A stretch of DNA of 63,997 nt, the filler included, from Thermodesulfobacteriota bacterium (GTDB lineage Bacteria; DASVDK01): the NCBI GenBank assembly GCA_036381125.1. It is 5 parts of 5 records of this genome, joined end to end, with 100 filler letters (N's around TTAATTAATTAA, not from the genome) between each part and the next. Parts side by side here need not be neighbours in the genome. Positions count along the whole stretch, not along the records: positions 60,737 to 63,997 come from DASVDK010000186.1; 4 more parts are not named here. One strand, written 5' to 3'. Below are positions 60,888-63,997 of this stretch, in pieces. A program made the position numbers and the translations under genes. Every line of letters begins with the position of its first letter. Positions within the stretch are counted from its first letter, which is position 1. Under the pieces are notes generated by a model. It was given only the letters and a program-made list of their open reading frames with translations. It was not told where the DNA came from and did not search any database.

Positions 60888-61571
60888 ATGCACCCGTACG
60901 AGCTCGGCTCGATCCCCGACGAGGTCGAGCACCTGGGCCCCACGCTCGGCGACGACGCGCCGCCGCACGGCGGGCGACCGGGCGAGACGCGCGGCGGGCC
61001 GGCGTTCGGCACGCTCGCGCCGGCCTCCGGGGCGCGCCCGTACCGACGGGTCCGGCCGCCCGCCTCGTCGGGTCGGCGGGCGTTCCTCGTCGGCCTCCTG
61101 GGCGTGTCCGGGCTCGCGGTCGCCGGGGGCCTCGCCGCCCACGCCTGGCGCGGCCGGGACTGGCTCGCCGTCCTGTCGGGCGACCCGTTCGAGGTGCGCC
61201 TCGACGGCCACGGCGCGATCACCGGGCGCGCCGGCCGGCTGTACGTGGTGCACGGGACCGTCACGAACCTCAGCGGCGCGCCGAAGGGCTTCTTCGAGGT
61301 TCGCGCCCGCCTCCTCGACGACGCCGGCCGGACGATCGCCGAGCGCACCGTCTACGCGGGCCACGTCCTGGCGGAGCCGGAGCTGAAGGGCCTGTCGCGC
61401 GCGGAGCTCGAGCGGCGGGTCTCCGAGACGGTGTTCGGCGACGGCATGGCCAACGCGCGGGTCGAGCCGCGACGCAGCATTCCCTTCCAGGTGGTCTTCG
61501 TGCCGGCGCCCTCGGCGCGTCGCGTCGCGGAGGTCACGGTGGCGGTGGTGGGAGTCAAGGACGTGCCTTGA
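60888..61571 (+). CDS. Membrane-anchored DUF3426-like protein (start uncertain)
   Basis: Single TM, then a beta-rich domain LYVVHGTVTN...ARLLDDAG...IPFQVVF. Confidence 0.6.
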   Translation: MHPYELGSIPDEVEHLGPTLGDDAPPHGGRPGETRGGPAFGTLAPASGARPYRRVRPPASSGRRAFLVGLLGVSGLAVAGGLAAHAWRGRDWLAVLSGDPFEVRLDGHGAITGRAGRLYVVHGTVTNLSGAPKGFFEVRARLLDDAGRTIAERTVYAGHVLAEPELKGLSRAELERRVSETVFGDGMANARVEPRRSIPFQVVFVPAPSARRVAEVTVAVVGVKDVP

Positions 61572-61751
61572 CAGCGCCTCGCGCTCGACGAGCGGATGCA
61601 GGCGCAGCCGAAGCTCGCCGAGTCGTACGAGGTGCTGTTCCGACGCGCCGCCCGACCCGCGGCTCGCGCAGTGCCCGACGTCCGGGGTCCGGCCTCGAGT
61701 CGTTCCCGATCCGGACGGCCGACGAGGAACGGGCCCGCCCCGCCCCGCACG

Positions 61752-62246
61752 TCAGGCGTGCTCGATGGCGGCCAGGAGGCTCTGGTAGAACCCGGCGTAG
61801 CGGTCGGCGTCCTCGGGGCTCACCTCGACGCCGATCTCGAAGCGGTCGGGGCGTGCCCGGCGGCACCACCGGACCTCGACGTCGAACTGCGTCGGGAGCG
61901 CGACCCGACCGGGGACCACGGCGGCGCACTGGAGCCGCTGGCCCACCTCGTGGAGCCGCGGCGCGCCCACGCGGAAGCCGTGGCGGCTGATCTCGAGGAT
62001 CGGCTCCGCCGGCCCCGCGGTGCCGTCGCTGCGGCTCATCGTGATCCGCGCGGCGACCTGCGCGGGGACGAGGTGACGCGGCCCGCGGCGGACGTTCGCC
62101 GTCGAATCGCGGCGCGAGACGAGCGTGCCGTACGCCATCTCGCGCAGCTCGGCGCACGGCTGGCAGACGATCCCCTCCGCGACCCGATGGACCGGATCGC
62201 CCGGGGCCGGCTCGGTGTGGCAATCGATGCACGCGTCATGTGGCAT
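61752..62246 (-). CDS. Small CxxC-CxxC zinc-finger + PilZ-like protein
   Basis: CIDC/CQPC, RRGPR, EISRHG, VRWC..IGVE; GAGGGAAGG SD. Confidence 0.65.
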   Translation of the reverse strand: MPHDACIDCHTEPAPGDPVHRVAEGIVCQPCAELREMAYGTLVSRRDSTANVRRGPRHLVPAQVAARITMSRSDGTAGPAEPILEISRHGFRVGAPRLHEVGQRLQCAAVVPGRVALPTQFDVEVRWCRRARPDRFEIGVEVSPEDADRYAGFYQSLLAAIEHA

Positions 62247-62426
62247 GGCCCTTCCCTCTGGTCACGTTCGGCATCAAAGACCCGAACAGCACGGCTGCCG
62301 GGTGCCCTTCTACGCCGGACCGCGGCGTCGGTCAACGTCGCCCGTCACATCTCGCGCCCGGACACGATCCGACGAGGCTTGACCCCGATGGGAAAATGCT
62401 CGAGTGGTCGGGAGCGGGAGGCTGAG

Positions 62427-62570
62427 ATGTCGCGGCGACTCGAGGGTCGCATCGCCATGGTGACCGGAGGCGAGCTGGGAATCGGCCGGGCGTCGGCCCT
62501 GCGCGCTGCGCTGGACGGCACCGCGGTCGCGGACACGGTCCGCCGGGGCCGCGGCCGCCGCGTGCGGTAA
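62427..62570 (+). pseudogene. Remnant of a short-chain dehydrogenase (N-terminal Rossmann motif only)
   Basis: MSRRLEGRIAMVTGGELGIGRA with a GGAGG SD, stopping after 47 codons. Confidence 0.7.
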
Positions 62571-62579
62571 CCGCCGCAC

Positions 62580-63449
62580 ATGCCCCGCTCCCCCGCATCC
62601 GACCGGCGGGCGCTCGCCGGGATCGGTCTCACTCTGCTCGGCATCTTCCTCTTCTCGGCGAACGACGCGATGGGGAAGTGGCTCGTGACCACGTACACCG
62701 TTGGCCAGGTCCTGCTCCTGCGCAGCCTGGCGGCGCTGATCGTGCTCGCGCCGCTCCTCGCCCGGGACGGCTGGGCGTCGGTTCGCGTCGCGGAGCGTCC
62801 GGGCCTGCACCTGGCCCGCGTCGTCTTCGGCACGGCCGAGACAGCCTGCTTCTACTGGGCCGTCGCCCACCTGCCGCTCGCCGACGTGATGACCTACTGG
62901 CTGGCCGCGCCGGTGTACGTCGTCGCGGCGTCGGCGCTCCTCCTCGGAGAACCGGTCGGCGTGCGGAGGTGGATCGGCGTCGCCGCCGGCTTCGCGGGCG
63001 TCCTCGTGGCGCTCGGTCCGTCGGGAGGGATGGTCTCCCCGGCCGCCGTCGTGTCGCTCGTGGGGAGCGTGCTCTTCGCCCTCTTCGTGCTCGCGACGCG
63101 ACGGCTACGAGGCGCCGGCACGACCACCCTCGTGGCCTTCCAGATGGTGGGCGGGCTCGTCCTGGGCGCGGCGCTCGCGCCGGTCGGCTGGGTGACGCCG
63201 GGCCTGCGCGACCTGGTCCTCCTGCTGCTGCTCGGGATCGTGGCCATGGTGGCCCACCTCTGCGTCACGCGCGCCCTCGCGCTCGCCCCGGCCCCGGTGG
63301 TGGTCCCGTACCAGTACACCTTCCTCGTCTGGGCAGTCGTCTTCGGGTACGTCGTCTTCGGCGACGTGCCAGACATAGGCGGCCTCGTCGGGGCCGGCAT
63401 CATCTGCGCCGCCGGCCTCTACCTCGCGGCGCTGGAGCGGACCGCCTGA
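62580..63449 (+). CDS. EamA/DMT family transporter
   Basis: About 10 TMs in two repeats; LLGEPVG, PYQYT, FGDVP. Confidence 0.92.
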   Translation: MPRSPASDRRALAGIGLTLLGIFLFSANDAMGKWLVTTYTVGQVLLLRSLAALIVLAPLLARDGWASVRVAERPGLHLARVVFGTAETACFYWAVAHLPLADVMTYWLAAPVYVVAASALLLGEPVGVRRWIGVAAGFAGVLVALGPSGGMVSPAAVVSLVGSVLFALFVLATRRLRGAGTTTLVAFQMVGGLVLGAALAPVGWVTPGLRDLVLLLLLGIVAMVAHLCVTRALALAPAPVVVPYQYTFLVWAVVFGYVVFGDVPDIGGLVGAGIICAAGLYLAALERTA

Positions 63450-63621
63450 GGGCGCCGGCAGGGTATCTCGGCTGGCCGAGGTGTCCGGGCGCGCTCTGCG
63501 TCGACGTGAGCGCACCACATGGCATCGCCTCGACGCGTCGTCGCCTCCATCGCCTCGTGACCGGCGCTTCCGGCTATCCCGCTCGCAGCGTGTGGGCCGT
63601 GCTCGTCCCGGCGTCTGCGGC

Positions 63622-63997
63622 TTACGGCGGGTGGGCCGCCGCCGGCCAACTCGGTTCGAACCGAGTTCGCGCGGGCCCCGAGGCCCGGCACGCCGTGGCG
63701 TAGACGCTCCCCGGCTCCCGCACCTGCGACTCGCCCCGGGGGCCGAACATCCGCTCCGCCTCGTACCCGTTGTGCGCCCGGCAGCGCAGCTCGATGTTCT
63801 CCACCGTCGCCGCGCCGCCCGCCGCGTACGGCCGCACGTGGTGGAACTCCAGGAACCCTCGCTCCGTACACCGCCGCCCTGTCCGGCTCACGAAGGCGCA
63901 CCGCCCCCCGTCGCGCGCCCACACCGCCCGCCTGACCGCCGCCGGGATGTGCCGCGACCCCGGCCTCGGGGGCGTCCCCACGCGCGGTCGATCGGTC
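63622..63997 (-). CDS. C-terminus of an HNH endonuclease (5' outside the window)
   Basis: SRHIPAAVRRAVWARDGGRC...C...LEFHH..PYAAGG...NIELRCRAHN. Confidence 0.88.
   Translation of the reverse strand, partial: TDRPRVGTPPRPGSRHIPAAVRRAVWARDGGRCAFVSRTGRRCTERGFLEFHHVRPYAAGGAATVENIELRCRAHNGYEAERMFGPRGESQVREPGSVYATACRASGPARTRFEPSWPAAAHPP

Noticed and set aside
61596-62570. 324-aa plus-strand ORF
   Set aside because: It is mostly antisense to the Zn/PilZ-like gene; only the terminal SDR remnant with its own SD is credible.

Overview
This ~64 kb window is very GC-rich bacterial DNA made of five assembly contigs joined by artificial 100-nt spacers (N44-TTAATTAATTAA-N44), so adjacency across the spacers means nothing. 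Gene order resembles deltaproteobacteria-like lineages; this is an inference only. Contig 1 (1-10735) is the replication-origin region: gyrA'-gyrB-recF-dnaN-[oriC]-dnaA <> rpmH-rnpA-yidD-yidC-parS-rsmG'. Contig 2 (10836-37107) is accessory-rich. It holds a DUF58/giant triple-VWA/MoxR module, uvrC, an M48 protease, a ComEC with a degenerate nuclease domain, a REC-GGDEF cyclase, a sigma54-driven secreted orphan, and a 7-gene uncharacterised glycan synthesis/export/modification operon (GH-A+GT2 fusion, ABC exporter, two paralogous GT-B-like genes, TylF methyltransferase, GT-C, polyprenol-P GT2). Contig 3 (37208-56065) is housekeeping: infB'-DUF503-rbfA-nrnA-truB-rpsO-pnp-M16-MBL-purBCSQLF-lipoprotein-SLT-tRNA-Gly. 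Contig 4 is an HlyD/ABC/TolC efflux operon. Contig 5 has a DUF3426-like gene, a Zn-finger/PilZ-like gene, an SDR remnant, an EamA transporter and an HNH nuclease fragment. The most notable items are the glycan operon and a ~95-nt GTAG-led multi-hairpin repeat that shows stem covariation and has one copy inside the oriC region.
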